Source: a phage. From it: 64,000 nucleotides of DNA. The stretch lies in assembly GCA_016389475.1 (NCBI GenBank), contig GCA_016389475.1_3042.1. One strand, 5' to 3'. The position numbers were made by a program, and so were the translations under genes. This document shows positions 1 to 9,526 of this stretch, one piece after another. The notes under the pieces were generated by a model. The model was not told the origin of the DNA. It saw nothing but the letters and a program-made list of their open reading frames with translations, and did not search any database. The first letter of the stretch is position 1, and every line of letters starts with the position of its first letter.

Positions 1-61
1 GATTTCCACCTACTGACATTATATTTTGATACCTAACTCGGTTTAGTTTAAAATTCTTCAC
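1..61 (-). CDS. 46: gp46 recombination nuclease ATPase subunit (Rad50-like), first ~20 codons only; gene runs off the left edge
   Basis: Minus-strand reading from GTG at 61 gives (M)KNFKLNRVRYQNIMSVGGN, matching the recalled T4 gp46 N-terminus; GTG overlaps the upstream stop (GTGA). Confidence 0.5.
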   Translation of the reverse strand, partial: MKNFKLNRVRYQNIMSVGGN

Positions 62-321
62 AAAAGATTCCTTTTAATGTATCTTTTAGACCATTCTATC
101 ATATCATCATAATCTAAAAAGTATTCATCAAATTCAGCCACGCAAACAACGCCTTGTGCTGTTTTTGATGTAATATAAATTATTCCAACATATCTAGAAT
201 CTTCTTCGGTATAATCAATATTTGCTATGAATTCATCATTAATGTCAAATGTCGAAAACTTCACAGTATGCATCCTTAATACAAGATACAGCCATATCTT
301 GTAATGATTTAGGTGTGTCAT
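58..321 (-). CDS. hypothetical small early protein (87 aa)
   Basis: ATG start; TGA stop overlaps gene 46 start; overlaps next ORF by 77 nt so the true start is uncertain. Confidence 0.35.
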   Translation of the reverse strand: MTHLNHYKIWLYLVLRMHTVKFSTFDINDEFIANIDYTEEDSRYVGIIYITSKTAQGVVCVAEFDEYFLDYDDMIEWSKRYIKRNLL

Positions 322-508
322 TATCTAAAATGTTGAAGTTAAAAGATACAGCCCAGTCAGTGCAGACCGTAACCTTTTTAATACAATTATCTTCAACCTC
401 TAGCGGTTCAAACCAATATTCAATAATTTCTTTATGACCAATATCATCTTTTACTTCGCATTCAAAATGCTGACTCATCATAACATTTTTAAATTCATCA
501 AAAGTCAT
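245..508 (-). CDS. hypothetical small early protein (87 aa)
   Basis: ATG at 508 overlaps the gene 47 stop (ATGA coupling). Confidence 0.4.
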   Translation of the reverse strand: MTFDEFKNVMMSQHFECEVKDDIGHKEIIEYWFEPLEVEDNCIKKVTVCTDWAVSFNFNILDNDTPKSLQDMAVSCIKDAYCEVFDI

Positions 509-1524
509 TGTGTTGCCTCTACATATAACTGATTTGCATATTGAATAAGTGCTTCGCGATCAGAATCAGTGATGTCTGGAATTGCATTAATGTATTCTTC
601 CATCAACGTCTGAAGAGATTGAACTTCAACTTCTTCACTGTCATCTGACTCGACAGAGTTATCAATCTTTGACACAACTCGTAATGAATGCACAACTTTT
701 TCTAGTTCAGATTCGAACTTCGTTAGATTTTTGTCTACTTCAGTTACTATAACACGTACTGATAGATTTGTAAAATCTTTATAGTCAATTTTTCCTTTAA
801 ATGGATAATGAATTCTACGATGCCAGGTAGTATTGTTTGGAATAAATTCCATTCGTTCTGTTTCTGTATCAAACATCCAGAACCCACGAGGGTCATTCTC
901 GTCACCTGCAGTTAGTGTCCATGGTGTCCCAATATATCTAACGTTAGCAGCCTCAGAGATAGTATGGAAGTGACCAGACCACACTTCTTTATAAGTCTTA
1001 AGGAAATCAGGTTCAAGACCATGAGATTTCATTCCTTTATAAAAATAAAATCCATTCAGTTCCCAGTGACCAACACAAAAAGAAGCAGATGAAGTTTTGA
1101 TGTGTTCAAGAATTTCACCAGTATTTTCTTCACACATCCAAGGAATTAAATCAATTAAACATCCGTCAAAATCTACTGTAGTAGGCTTATCATATACTTT
1201 AACATTAGGATATTTAGCCAAAAGCTCAGTAGAAGCATTTGGATGCATTACATTTTTGTAGTGAAGATCGTGATTTCCTACAATAGTATGTAGGGTAATA
1301 CCAGCATCATCAAGCATTTGAACTATTTCACGAGCAAACTCCATAGTTTTATGCGTGATCGCTTTTCGCACATCAAAAATATCACCGTATTGAATCCATA
1401 CCGTAATTCCATTTTTCTTAGAATATTCTATCGCTTGCTTAATTCCATCAATTTGAATACCGCGAATCCACTCATCATCAGCTTTAACGCCTAAATGCCA
1501 ATCACCTAAATTTAAAATTTTCAT
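505..1524 (-). CDS. 47: gp47 recombination endonuclease subunit (Mre11/SbcD-like phosphoesterase)
   Basis: 339 aa; calcineurin-like phosphoesterase motifs LGDWHLG, GDIFD, GNHD, GHFH; N-terminus MKILNLGDWHLG as in T4 gp47. Confidence 0.9.
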   Translation of the reverse strand: MKILNLGDWHLGVKADDEWIRGIQIDGIKQAIEYSKKNGITVWIQYGDIFDVRKAITHKTMEFAREIVQMLDDAGITLHTIVGNHDLHYKNVMHPNASTELLAKYPNVKVYDKPTTVDFDGCLIDLIPWMCEENTGEILEHIKTSSASFCVGHWELNGFYFYKGMKSHGLEPDFLKTYKEVWSGHFHTISEAANVRYIGTPWTLTAGDENDPRGFWMFDTETERMEFIPNNTTWHRRIHYPFKGKIDYKDFTNLSVRVIVTEVDKNLTKFESELEKVVHSLRVVSKIDNSVESDDSEEVEVQSLQTLMEEYINAIPDITDSDREALIQYANQLYVEATQ

Positions 1525-1684
1525 ATATCAAGAACCGTCATTGAAATGCAAAATAAAATTATTGAAATAAACCCATCTGGTGTGCTAAAGAACCCAATCC
1601 AACATGCTCTAGTGAATAGATAAAATGCGAGAAAAAGTATCACATATCCAAGAAATATCATTATATCAAACTCCGTATAAAGCT

Positions 1685-1702
1685 AAAGGGCCGAAGCCCT
1701 TT
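1685..1702 (-). terminator. C(UUCG)G tetraloop hairpin at the 3' end of a-gt
   Basis: aaagggccgaagcccttt; on minus-strand RNA GGGC-UUCG-GCCC immediately after the a-gt stop; moderately U-rich tail. Confidence 0.5.
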
Positions 1703-2903
1703 ATTTTGTAATAATGTCAAACTGTTCTTTAAAGCAGAAGCTTGAATCTTGGTGCTGATACAAAAATTCATATGCTTTTTCTCGCTCACGGTCATAAAGA
1801 GTTCGGTCAGATGACAGTTCTTTAATACGTTCAAATGTTGATTCCATGTCATTTTCATCAAACCAAATGATACCGCTATCATGCGAGGTCAAAGGAGTAT
1901 TATCAACACGGAATTTTAAATTTTCGCCAGTAGATTTCCAAAATACCGGAATTGTTCCACATGCACCAAGCTCGAGATGAGTATATTCTAAAGAACGTTG
2001 TAGATATTTTTTATCCAACTTACTCAACTGATAACCAAAACCGGATTTACTCATACGTTCAAGCATTTCGCTATTTACATAACGGTCAAGAATTTGCGTT
2101 GGCAAATTAGGAGCAATTTTAATTTGGTCTACTTGATGAAGACGATAATACTCGTATGGAATTCCTTTTTCTTTAATAGGAATGAACGCTGGAGAACGTT
2201 CCAGACCTTCCATAATAGTACTTAGTCCTGCAGGTTTAAGATGTTTTTCATGAAAATCAAACATCTGATAAAAACCTTTCCATGTAGTCGTACGACCAAT
2301 CCAACGGTTGATATTCATGTTAATTTCAGAAACATCTTTCCAGTAAGTTGACCGAACCTTCGCAATATCCATAGGAGGCTGAAAGTTATATACGGTCGGT
2401 GCTTCTTCAATATCATCAAACAGAGAAACAGTTTCTGGATACCACTCTTTCATCAGAACTTTATTAAAATCACCATTATCAGAATGGCTAAAAATAACAT
2501 CAGCTCGACGAACAGTTTCTTCTAATCCCAAATTTCGACGCAAAGAAAGAGAAGAATGGTCATGTTGATAAACTACAACACGAACAGAAGGTTTAATGTT
2601 ATCAATAATTTTTTTATAGTTATTAATAGTGTCTTCTTCAACCGAAGTAGCAGGAACTGAATTGATAATTAGAATATCACAATCATTTACCAGCTTAAGT
2701 GTTTTATCATATTCTTTTGCCAATAAAACCGGAATTGAAAATGATTTATAATCATGCGCGCAATTACGAGTAAATGATTTATCTTTAGCATAAACCAAAG
2801 TCACTTCATGACCATTTTTAATAAACCAATCACGTTGCTCGAGTGAGAATTTAGTTACACCACAGCCTTCAAGACCTCGAGCCATAAAAATACATACTTT
2901 CAT
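1701..2903 (-). CDS. a-gt: DNA alpha-glucosyltransferase
   Basis: 400 aa, same length as T4 AGT; N-terminus MKVCIFMARGLEGCGVTKFSLEQRDWFIKNGHEV closely matches recalled T4 a-gt. Confidence 0.85.
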   Translation of the reverse strand: MKVCIFMARGLEGCGVTKFSLEQRDWFIKNGHEVTLVYAKDKSFTRNCAHDYKSFSIPVLLAKEYDKTLKLVNDCDILIINSVPATSVEEDTINNYKKIIDNIKPSVRVVVYQHDHSSLSLRRNLGLEETVRRADVIFSHSDNGDFNKVLMKEWYPETVSLFDDIEEAPTVYNFQPPMDIAKVRSTYWKDVSEINMNINRWIGRTTTWKGFYQMFDFHEKHLKPAGLSTIMEGLERSPAFIPIKEKGIPYEYYRLHQVDQIKIAPNLPTQILDRYVNSEMLERMSKSGFGYQLSKLDKKYLQRSLEYTHLELGACGTIPVFWKSTGENLKFRVDNTPLTSHDSGIIWFDENDMESTFERIKELSSDRTLYDREREKAYEFLYQHQDSSFCFKEQFDIITK

Positions 2904-2953
2904 TTAATATCCTCTTTGTTTTGGTTTATTTTACCAAAAATTTATAAAGCAAT

Positions 2954-2973
2954 ATAGGAGCCGAAGCTCCTAT
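2954..2973 (-). terminator. UUCG tetraloop hairpin
   Basis: ataggagccgaagctcctat; stem GGAGC/GCUCC with UUCG loop on the minus transcript, upstream of a-gt. Confidence 0.4.
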
Positions 2974-3143
2974 CCGCATAATACACCGTATAGAGGCTCA
3001 TTAGAGCTTCTAAATTTTATACGCTTATATGTTATAGTTCCTTCTGCTTTAGCTTTATCATGAGACTCTTTAAAGCGTCTCATCATTTCCTCTTTAGAGG
3101 AACGAACTTTATTATAATCTATTTCAGAAGTCTGGGTGTTCAT
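2970..3143 (-). CDS. hypothetical small basic protein (57 aa, below the track threshold)
   Basis: ATG at 3143 immediately after the upstream stop; MNTQTSEIDYNKVRSSKEEMMRRFKESHDKAKAEG...; stop overlaps hairpin 2954-2973. Confidence 0.3.
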   Translation of the reverse strand: MNTQTSEIDYNKVRSSKEEMMRRFKESHDKAKAEGTITYKRIKFRSSNEPLYGVLCG

Positions 3144-3146
3144 CTT

Positions 3147-3350
3147 TCATAACTGCCACCATTTTTTGACTTGATAAGAATCAACCCACACTTTCATATT
3201 AGGGTCTGCTCTTACAATAGGAGGATTAACTTCTTTAATTGAACTATCATGGTATTCTTTTTCAGAAATTTTCACACAAAGATGACCATTCAAAGATTCA
3301 GTAAATCCTGCATTAATTTTAAGACGCTTGAATTTTACATGTGTAAGCAT
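3147..3350 (-). CDS. hypothetical protein (67 aa)
   Basis: Track start at 3353 is TTG; first ATG is at 3350. Confidence 0.35.
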   Translation of the reverse strand: MLTHVKFKRLKINAGFTESLNGHLCVKISEKEYHDSSIKEVNPPIVRADPNMKVWVDSYQVKKWWQL

Positions 3351-3636
3351 CAATCATATCCTCAATCTGTGATCTAGTAGTCTTCCAAAGAATACTAATA
3401 AGTTCATCGTTATATGGCTGTTTTAGAATATCCCGACTTTTCTTGATAGCATATTCGTATTGAGCAAAATTATTGTTTTCAGCTGCGATCTGAGCGTGCT
3501 TATAAAGACGATTCAGTTCGCGTTTGTTTTTAGACAATAACTTATTTGCTTTTCTTTCTGCTTCAAGACGGTTCTTTTCTTCAATAGAAGAAATAAGCTT
3601 TTCCACTTCATCATTAATTTCGGGTTTATCAGTCAT
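3319..3636 (-). CDS. hypothetical protein, charged and helical (105 aa)
   Basis: ATG start; lysine/glutamate-rich heptad-like sequence. Confidence 0.5.
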   Translation of the reverse strand: MTDKPEINDEVEKLISSIEEKNRLEAERKANKLLSKNKRELNRLYKHAQIAAENNNFAQYEYAIKKSRDILKQPYNDELISILWKTTRSQIEDMIDAYTCKIQAS

Positions 3637-3637
3637 A

Positions 3638-3856
3638 TTATTTCTCTAATATAAAATAAAAATCATCATCTGTTAAATGATACCGATAGTTTAATTCTAC
3701 ACCATTAGATTTAAAAGCGGTATCATACGGATTTTCTGGATCAATATCAATGTCAAGAGCTAAAACTTCCCTGAGATACATTTTAAGTAAATAGGGAATA
3801 GCTTCAACTTCAGGTATTTCTTCCAAGAATCCGGAGAGGTTAATCGTTAGCCTCAT
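3638..3856 (-). CDS. hypothetical protein (72 aa)
   Basis: ATG at 3856; overlaps the gene 55 stop region. Confidence 0.5.
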
Positions 3857-4397
3857 ATAAAAAATCCAAACTAGGAGAATCGTCTACAACACTTTTCTTT
3901 TCAGCCCCCGGTGTTCTATAGGTTGATTCTTCGTAATGCGTCATTTTATCATAGATGTCTTGAATAAAAGTTTCATCTACTAACGCAACCATATCGTCGT
4001 CACGGCTGTCATAGACATTGTGAACGAAGTAACTATATTTCTTTGCAACTTCCTTACGTTCTTTTTTAATACGTTGGACGAATGCATTAAAACAAGCTTG
4101 AGTTATATATGCATGTGGGTTTTTATATTTCGTTTCATCAAAATTGTGAAGCCCCTTAATAGAAGCTTCTATACCATCTGCAATCATTTCTTGTTTCCAA
4201 GACTGGGTGTATCCTGAAAAGTTGAAACGTTTAGATAAGCCTTCTGCAATAAGCATAATGGCTAATCCGATAGTATCATTCTGACGAACTACTTTATTTG
4301 GGTCTTTATTATTTGCTAATTCTGTTTTCCAATCAATAATAGCTTGTAAAAGCTCTTTATTGTTTACGTAATTATATTTAGGCTTAGTTTCTGACAT
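3840..4397 (-). CDS. 55: gp55 sigma factor for late transcription
   Basis: Track start 4403 is GTG; ATG at 4397 gives 185 aa [23 protein letters not shown]..., the length and N-terminus recalled for T4 gp55. Confidence 0.85.
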
Positions 4398-4475
4398 TTT
4401 CACCTCTTAGCTCAATTCATAGATCTATTATATCATAATATTTGAAGATCTATCTTAAAGCATAGAGGATATCAG

Positions 4476-4745
4476 TTATCTAAGTAAACAGTATGCTTGG
4501 AACACTTTCTCCATCATCTTTTTAAATTCATGAATATCTATATAATGACTAGTTAGATCAGCATGATATAAAAAGTCTAAAAACTTTTCATGTGTACTAG
4601 CATATTCGCTTTCATTTAATTCAGAAACATGGCTTTCCCAATATCCAACACCAGTCTTATTTGGGAAAAATGAAATTTTCATGTATTGATCAACATAGAA
4701 AATGCCATAATTTTCAATAGTAATAGAAATATTAATAAATTTCAT
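4476..4745 (-). CDS. hypothetical protein (89 aa)
   Basis: ATG start; tight packing with neighbours. Confidence 0.5.
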   Translation of the reverse strand: MKFINISITIENYGIFYVDQYMKISFFPNKTGVGYWESHVSELNESEYASTHEKFLDFLYHADLTSHYIDIHEFKKMMEKVFQAYCLLR

Positions 4746-4957
4746 ACATTCATCAACTTAGCCGCTCCAAGAGCTGCATCTAGTGAATCAAATTGGTCAA
4801 CATATTCAATCAATTCGCCGTAATTGGCATATAACCACCATTGGCTAAATTCATACTCAAGGATGAATCCATTTCCTTCAATTTGAGTTAAACCATTGCC
4901 GTTTGTATTTACTTCATATCCGGCAAGACGCAAATCGTTAATAAGAGATTCGTTCAT
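4742..4957 (-). CDS. hypothetical protein (71 aa)
   Basis: ATG start; 4-nt overlap with downstream ORF. Confidence 0.5.
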   Translation of the reverse strand: MNESLINDLRLAGYEVNTNGNGLTQIEGNGFILEYEFSQWWLYANYGELIEYVDQFDSLDAALGAAKLMNV

Positions 4958-4959
4958 AA

Positions 4960-5286
4960 TTATACCTTAGTAATTTTCAGGTCTGCAAATTTTTTCTTGC
5001 GTTGATTTTTCATGCGACGAATAGTTTTATCGGAAATTTCATGCTTTTGATAAGCTTTAGATTCTACACCAAAAGCTTTAACATCAAATTCTGACAAGAT
5101 ATATTGAACCAACAATTCACGGACAGTATTGCGTCCAATTTTCTGATCATTCTGTTTCATCGTCTGATGAAGTTCTTTTTCCCATTTATCCAAAATTTGA
5201 GGAGTTACAATATCGCCTTTTTCTAGCAAAGAAACTACTTTATCATATGCGTAAGAATTGATGGCGTTTTTAATTTGAATAGTCAT
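4960..5286 (-). CDS. hypothetical protein (108 aa)
   Basis: ATG start. Confidence 0.55.
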   Translation of the reverse strand: MTIQIKNAINSYAYDKVVSLLEKGDIVTPQILDKWEKELHQTMKQNDQKIGRNTVRELLVQYILSEFDVKAFGVESKAYQKHEISDKTIRRMKNQRKKKFADLKITKV

Positions 5287-5326
5287 ACATTATCCTCAAT
5301 TGCGTTAAAATTTTATTATCCAAAAA

Positions 5327-5342
5327 AAGGGCCGAAGCCCTT
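5327..5342 (-). terminator. intrinsic terminator (hairpin plus U-run)
   Basis: Minus RNA UAA-GGGCUUCGGCCC-UUUUUUU directly after the stop of ORF 5341-5541. Confidence 0.65.
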
Positions 5343-5541
5343 AGCTAAACTGTTTGGCACCCTTCCAGCCTTCGTACATCATTGCGACTGACAATGACAA
5401 AGCTCCTTCGCATGCTGCATACTTATTATTCCAGAACCAATTTAGAAAAACTTCATCCTCAATACCATTGTGTTTCATGTTCTGGAAAAATTTGGCGCGT
5501 TCTTCACGAAGCTTTTGCGATAACATAGATTCAGGATTCAT
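5341..5541 (-). CDS. hypothetical protein (66 aa)
   Basis: ATG start; stop immediately followed by hairpin plus U-run terminator. Confidence 0.45.
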   Translation of the reverse strand: MNPESMLSQKLREERAKFFQNMKHNGIEDEVFLNWFWNNKYAACEGALSLSVAMMYEGWKGAKQFS

Positions 5542-5680
5542 TTAAATTTTCCAGTTACCGTTTTCATCAATAAATTTAATCCAGTCATTTACTGACCACT
5601 TAGTTGTATCGCCTTTTGGAGTAACATTTAAAGTATATAGCCCTTGCTTAAAAAGCATTCGTTTGATATTCATATTTTCC

Positions 5681-5974
5681 TCAGCTGTAACGATAGCACT
5701 CGTTTGATTTACGCTTAGCAACTAGTTGAGAAGTATTATAATCAAAATCATCGTCAATGTAAACAGATTTTTTCAACTTTCTTACTTCACCACGCAGTTG
5801 ACGATTCAATTCATTCTTAACCTCTGAATCAACACCTCGCATACGTCGCCATTTATCTGAACGAAAAATGTTTTCAACCATATCTTTATGACTTACCCCA
5901 TCAGGAGCTTTACGCTTTCCGAAATAGTCATAATCACGAACTTTCAAGTCTTTACGACGATACGTTTTACCCAT
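5681..5974 (-). CDS. hypothetical basic protein (98 aa)
   Basis: Track ORF shortened to internal ATG at 5974, which overlaps the stop of the upstream small ORF (ATGGGTAA); arginine/lysine-rich. Confidence 0.45.
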   Translation of the reverse strand: MGKTYRRKDLKVRDYDYFGKRKAPDGVSHKDMVENIFRSDKWRRMRGVDSEVKNELNRQLRGEVRKLKKSVYIDDDFDYNTSQLVAKRKSNECYRYS

Positions 5975-6143
5975 GGAGTTTAATTTCCTTAGCAACTGAA
6001 CTAAATACAGCACGGTCACAAATCATACGTTTGTTCCATTTAATCACAGTATAATGAACATCTAAATCATCGACTGCTGTAACAATAACGATATGTCCGT
6101 TAACACGATAGTACTGGTCAATTTTAATCTCTTTATCAACCAT
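5967..6143 (-). CDS. hypothetical small protein (58 aa, below the track threshold)
   Basis: ATG at 6143 with GAGG 8 nt upstream, directly downstream of early promoter 6171-6203; MVDKEIKIDQYYRVNGHIVIV... Confidence 0.35.
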   Translation of the reverse strand: MVDKEIKIDQYYRVNGHIVIVTAVDDLDVHYTVIKWNKRMICDRAVFSSVAKEIKLHG

Positions 6144-6170
6144 ATCAATTCCTCAAAGGTAATTCATATG

Positions 6171-6203
6171 TTAATAATACCACGGTTTGAACTTCTTGTA
6201 AAC
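6171..6203 (-). promoter_or_regulatory. early (sigma70-type) promoter
   Basis: Minus strand GTTTAC (6203-6198), 18-nt spacer, TATTATTA; downstream GAGG and ATG 6143. Confidence 0.5.
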
Positions 6204-6284
6204 AACTTTGTGAAAATTATTTTAGGGAATGATAAGAAGTGAACGATAGCTTAGAATGGTAATATACAGAATGTGAGAAAGAAA

Positions 6285-6298
6285 GGCCCAGAGGGCCC
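6285..6298 (-). terminator. GC hairpin downstream of nrdH
   Basis: ggccc-agag-gggcc, 3 nt after the nrdH stop, followed by a U-rich stretch on the minus RNA. Confidence 0.45.
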
Positions 6299-6301
6299 GT
6301 C

Positions 6302-6625
6302 TTAGTCTTCTATGATATCTCTATCATATCCAAGTGAAATGAGAGTTTCTTTGAAGTGTTTAATGTTCTTTTGTCTAGAATCATTAATGAAAATGACTGG
6401 ATAACGAATGTTAAGAGATGTGAATCCGGCGCGTTTGGCAAGAGATACAATCAGTGGACGATCATACTCAATCTTACCATTATTTGTAAGAACTTTATAG
6501 AAAGTAAAAGGAGCACTGAGCTCCTTTAGAAGTTTTGTAACTGATTGACATCCAGGACAACGACCTACTTCATCTGGAATTCCATAGACTTCAATCTTAT
6601 TCTTTAAGTTCGAGTTTTGTTCCAC
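6302..6625 (-). CDS. nrdH: NrdH-like glutaredoxin
   Basis: CPGC redox motif right after a beta-strand (KIEVYGIPDEVGRCPGCQ); start set at in-frame GTG 6625 with AAGGAA upstream, because the upstream ATGs lie inside the preceding ORF. Confidence 0.5.
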   Translation of the reverse strand: MEQNSNLKNKIEVYGIPDEVGRCPGCQSVTKLLKELSAPFTFYKVLTNNGKIEYDRPLIVSLAKRAGFTSLNIRYPVIFINDSRQKNIKHFKETLISLGYDRDIIED

Positions 6626-6908
6626 GAGAAATAATTCCTTGATAAGCCCAGTATGGCGGGTTAACAGAATCCTCACCAGAGTTTTCTTCAGGAAAATAAA
6701 CCTGGATAACGAAGCCGGATTCATCAAAGGTGAAATAAGTAGTAGGCAGTTCACCTAACAAATCAGCACGAGCGTTGATTTCTTCGAGGTCTTGTTCACG
6801 TCCAGCCCAGAAGCTTGGGTTCAGACTACATTCATAGAAATAATAGTCATTACCGAACATATCAAAACCATTCCAACTCTCTACTACATACCGCTCAAAA
6901 CTAATCAT
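6597..6908 (-). CDS. hypothetical protein (103 aa)
   Basis: ATG start. Confidence 0.5.
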   Translation of the reverse strand: MISFERYVVESWNGFDMFGNDYYFYECSLNPSFWAGREQDLEEINARADLLGELPTTYFTFDESGFVIQVYFPEENSGEDSVNPPYWAYQGIISRGTKLELKE

Positions 6909-6910
6909 AA

Positions 6911-7126
6911 TTAAGCCTTTTTATCAAGAACAGCATTCAGCTTATTAGTAATTTTATCCAGACGCTCATTGAACTCACTAGAAGATAAGCCCTTTTCTGG
7001 AGAAATCAAACTAATTACGAAAAATATAACAATAAAAGGAATAAGGAAAATAGCTCCAACTGCCATGAACAAAAAGAATGTTACAGTTGTAAGAAAATCA
7101 GCTAAACCTTTACGAAATTTATACAT
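6911..7126 (-). CDS. small membrane protein (71 aa)
   Basis: One long hydrophobic segment FLTTVTFFLFMAVGAIFLIPFIVIFFVISLI. Confidence 0.5.
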   Translation of the reverse strand: MYKFRKGLADFLTTVTFFLFMAVGAIFLIPFIVIFFVISLISPEKGLSSSEFNERLDKITNKLNAVLDKKA

Positions 7127-7241
7127 ATTTTACCCTTAATTGATTAACCAAGCATTGATAAGCACTAAACTATATTGCGAATAAAATTCTGGACCAAAAT
7201 GAAAAATCATATCATTTATAGTATCCATAATGTAATTCAAT

Positions 7242-7712
7242 TTAATCATGTTTCCACACCCCATCGGTATTTGACCAAAGTCGCTGATTATCTGATCCTC
7301 GCCACAGCTTTTTGGTCGGAAGATTTTTCTCATACTTCCCATCAATAATAACATCAACATATTTAAGCATTTCTAGTTGTTTAATATCTTCAAACTTATA
7401 TCCTGTCCACAACCAAATGCTTTTATTGGGATAAAGATTTTTAATAGTTTGAACCACAGAGTGAATCATGTCTCTGTTATCAGGATAAAGAGGGTCACCT
7501 CCAGTTATAGTTAATCCTTCTATATAATCATTATTCAAACATTCAATTAATTGCTCTAGTGTCTCTCCAGTGAATGGAATACCATTTCTAGCATTCCATG
7601 TTGATTTATTATAACACCCTTCGCATTTATGCAAACAACCTGTAACGAAAAGAACGACCCTGCAACCAGGGCCATTAACAAAATCGCAAGGATAAAATCT
7701 ATCATAATTCAT
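7242..7712 (-). CDS. nrdG: anaerobic ribonucleotide reductase activating protein (radical SAM)
   Basis: 156 aa; CxxxCxxC cluster motif GCLHKCEGC; directly upstream of nrdD. Confidence 0.85.
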   Translation of the reverse strand: MNYDRFYPCDFVNGPGCRVVLFVTGCLHKCEGCYNKSTWNARNGIPFTGETLEQLIECLNNDYIEGLTITGGDPLYPDNRDMIHSVVQTIKNLYPNKSIWLWTGYKFEDIKQLEMLKYVDVIIDGKYEKNLPTKKLWRGSDNQRLWSNTDGVWKHD

Positions 7713-9526
7713 TGGTGTTTAACCCTATGCATGATTTCTTTATTTTTACCGAGATTAAATCCGCGCTCGTTCGGATTTCCCAAATAACCACATGTTCTTC
7801 TTATGGTATTCATCTTTTTAGGATCAGTTTCTCCACAAATAGAACAAACAAATCCGTTTTCAGTAGGAGTCATTTCATGGGTACTTCCACACGTAAAACA
7901 TTTATCTACCGGCATATTAACACCAAAATAATCTAAATGTTGTGCAGCATAATCCCACACGGCCTCAAGACCTTTTAGGTTATTTTTCATATCAGGAAGT
8001 TCAACATAAGAAATGTGACCACCTGTCGCAATGAAATGATATGGCGCTTCACGAGAAATCTTTTCAAACGGAGTAACATTTTCTTCTACTGAAACGTGGA
8101 AACTGTTAGTGTACCAACCTTTATCAGTAACATCCTTTACACTTCCATATTTTTCTGTATCAAGTTTACAGAAGCGATAGCAAAGGTTTTCAGCAGGAGT
8201 AGAATACAAGCTAAAAGCAAACCCAGTTCTTTCAGTCCACTGTTTAAGATGAGCATTCATTTTAGTTAAAATTTCCTGTCCAATATCACGACCGATAAGA
8301 ATATTCAATTCGTGAATACCAATGTATCCTAAAGACACTGAACTTCTACCGTTTTTAAATAACTCAATTATGTCGTCATCAGGTTTAAGACGAACCCCGA
8401 ATGCACCTTCTTGGTAAAGAATAGGAGCAACAGTCGCTTTAACTCCTTTTAAGGAACTAATTCTGCACATCAAAGCTTCAAAACATAAATCCATTCGTTC
8501 ATTGAACAATTCGATAAATTTCTGTTCATTGAACTGTGTTCCAATATAAGAATCTAACGCGATGCGAGGAAGATTCAGTGTTACAACACCAAGATTATTA
8601 CGTCCATCAAGAATTTCATTGCCAGTCGAATCTTTCCATACGCTCAAGAAACTACGACAACCCATTGGAGAAACAGGAATAGATGAGCCGGTGATAGCTT
8701 TATTGTTCTTAGCTGAAATAATATCAGGATACATTCTTTTGCTTGCGCACTCTAGAGCAAGCTGTTTAATATCATAGTTCGGATCGTCTTTATAAAGATT
8801 AACACCTTCTTCAACGAACATAACAAGCTTAGGGAAAATAGGAGTTATCCCATCACGACCAAGACCTTTAATACGATTTTTCAGAATTGCTTTCTGAATC
8901 ATTCGTTCAGTCCAGTCAGTTCCCGTACCAAATGTAATTGTTACAAAAGGCGTTTGTCCGTTTGAACTAAAGAGAGTATTTACTTCATATTCATAAGCTT
9001 GGAATGCATCGTATACGTCTTTTTCTGTTTTAGATTGAGCATAATTCAACGCATCAGCGATTTGCCATTTTTCTGCATCCTCAATATGTTTTGCATAGGT
9101 GCGTTTAACATAAGGAGAAAGTACTTTATCTACATTAGCAAAAGTCGTTCCGCCGTATTGATGGGAAGCAACCTGTGCAGTAATTTGTGCCATAATTGCA
9201 GTAGCAACACCGATTGATTTAGGAGTTTCAATCTGTGCATTACCAAGCTTAAATCCATTCTCAAGCATTCCTTTTAAATCTACTAAACAACAATTAGTAA
9301 ATGGAAGAGCAGGGGAATAATCAATATCATGGAAATGGATAATTCCGCTTTCATGCGCTTTCATAATAAAAGACGGGACCATATTTTTGGCAATGTGTTT
9401 AGACACAATACCAGCCATAAGGTCCCGTTGAGTTGGAAAAACACGAGAATCTTTATTAGCATTCTCGTTTAAAAGGTCTTTATTAGTTTTATGAATCAAT
9501 CCTTCAATTTCTTTTTCAATTGTCAT
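7709..9526 (-). CDS. nrdD: anaerobic ribonucleoside-triphosphate reductase (glycyl radical enzyme)
   Basis: 605 aa uninterrupted ORF; C-terminal glycyl-radical motif RRTCGYLG and zinc ribbon CFTCGS...CSICG. Confidence 0.9.
   Translation of the reverse strand: MTIEKEIEGLIHKTNKDLLNENANKDSRVFPTQRDLMAGIVSKHIAKNMVPSFIMKAHESGIIHFHDIDYSPALPFTNCCLVDLKGMLENGFKLGNAQIETPKSIGVATAIMAQITAQVASHQYGGTTFANVDKVLSPYVKRTYAKHIEDAEKWQIADALNYAQSKTEKDVYDAFQAYEYEVNTLFSSNGQTPFVTITFGTGTDWTERMIQKAILKNRIKGLGRDGITPIFPKLVMFVEEGVNLYKDDPNYDIKQLALECASKRMYPDIISAKNNKAITGSSIPVSPMGCRSFLSVWKDSTGNEILDGRNNLGVVTLNLPRIALDSYIGTQFNEQKFIELFNERMDLCFEALMCRISSLKGVKATVAPILYQEGAFGVRLKPDDDIIELFKNGRSSVSLGYIGIHELNILIGRDIGQEILTKMNAHLKQWTERTGFAFSLYSTPAENLCYRFCKLDTEKYGSVKDVTDKGWYTNSFHVSVEENVTPFEKISREAPYHFIATGGHISYVELPDMKNNLKGLEAVWDYAAQHLDYFGVNMPVDKCFTCGSTHEMTPTENGFVCSICGETDPKKMNTIRRTCGYLGNPNERGFNLGKNKEIMHRVKHQ

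Noticed and set aside
1661-1882. 73-aa minus-strand ORF overlapping the 3' end of a-gt
   Set aside because: Out-of-frame overlap with the well-supported a-gt gene; the intergenic part holds the a-gt terminator hairpin.
7136-7360. 74-aa ORF overlapping the nrdG C-terminal region
   Set aside because: Out-of-frame overlap with nrdG; no independent support.
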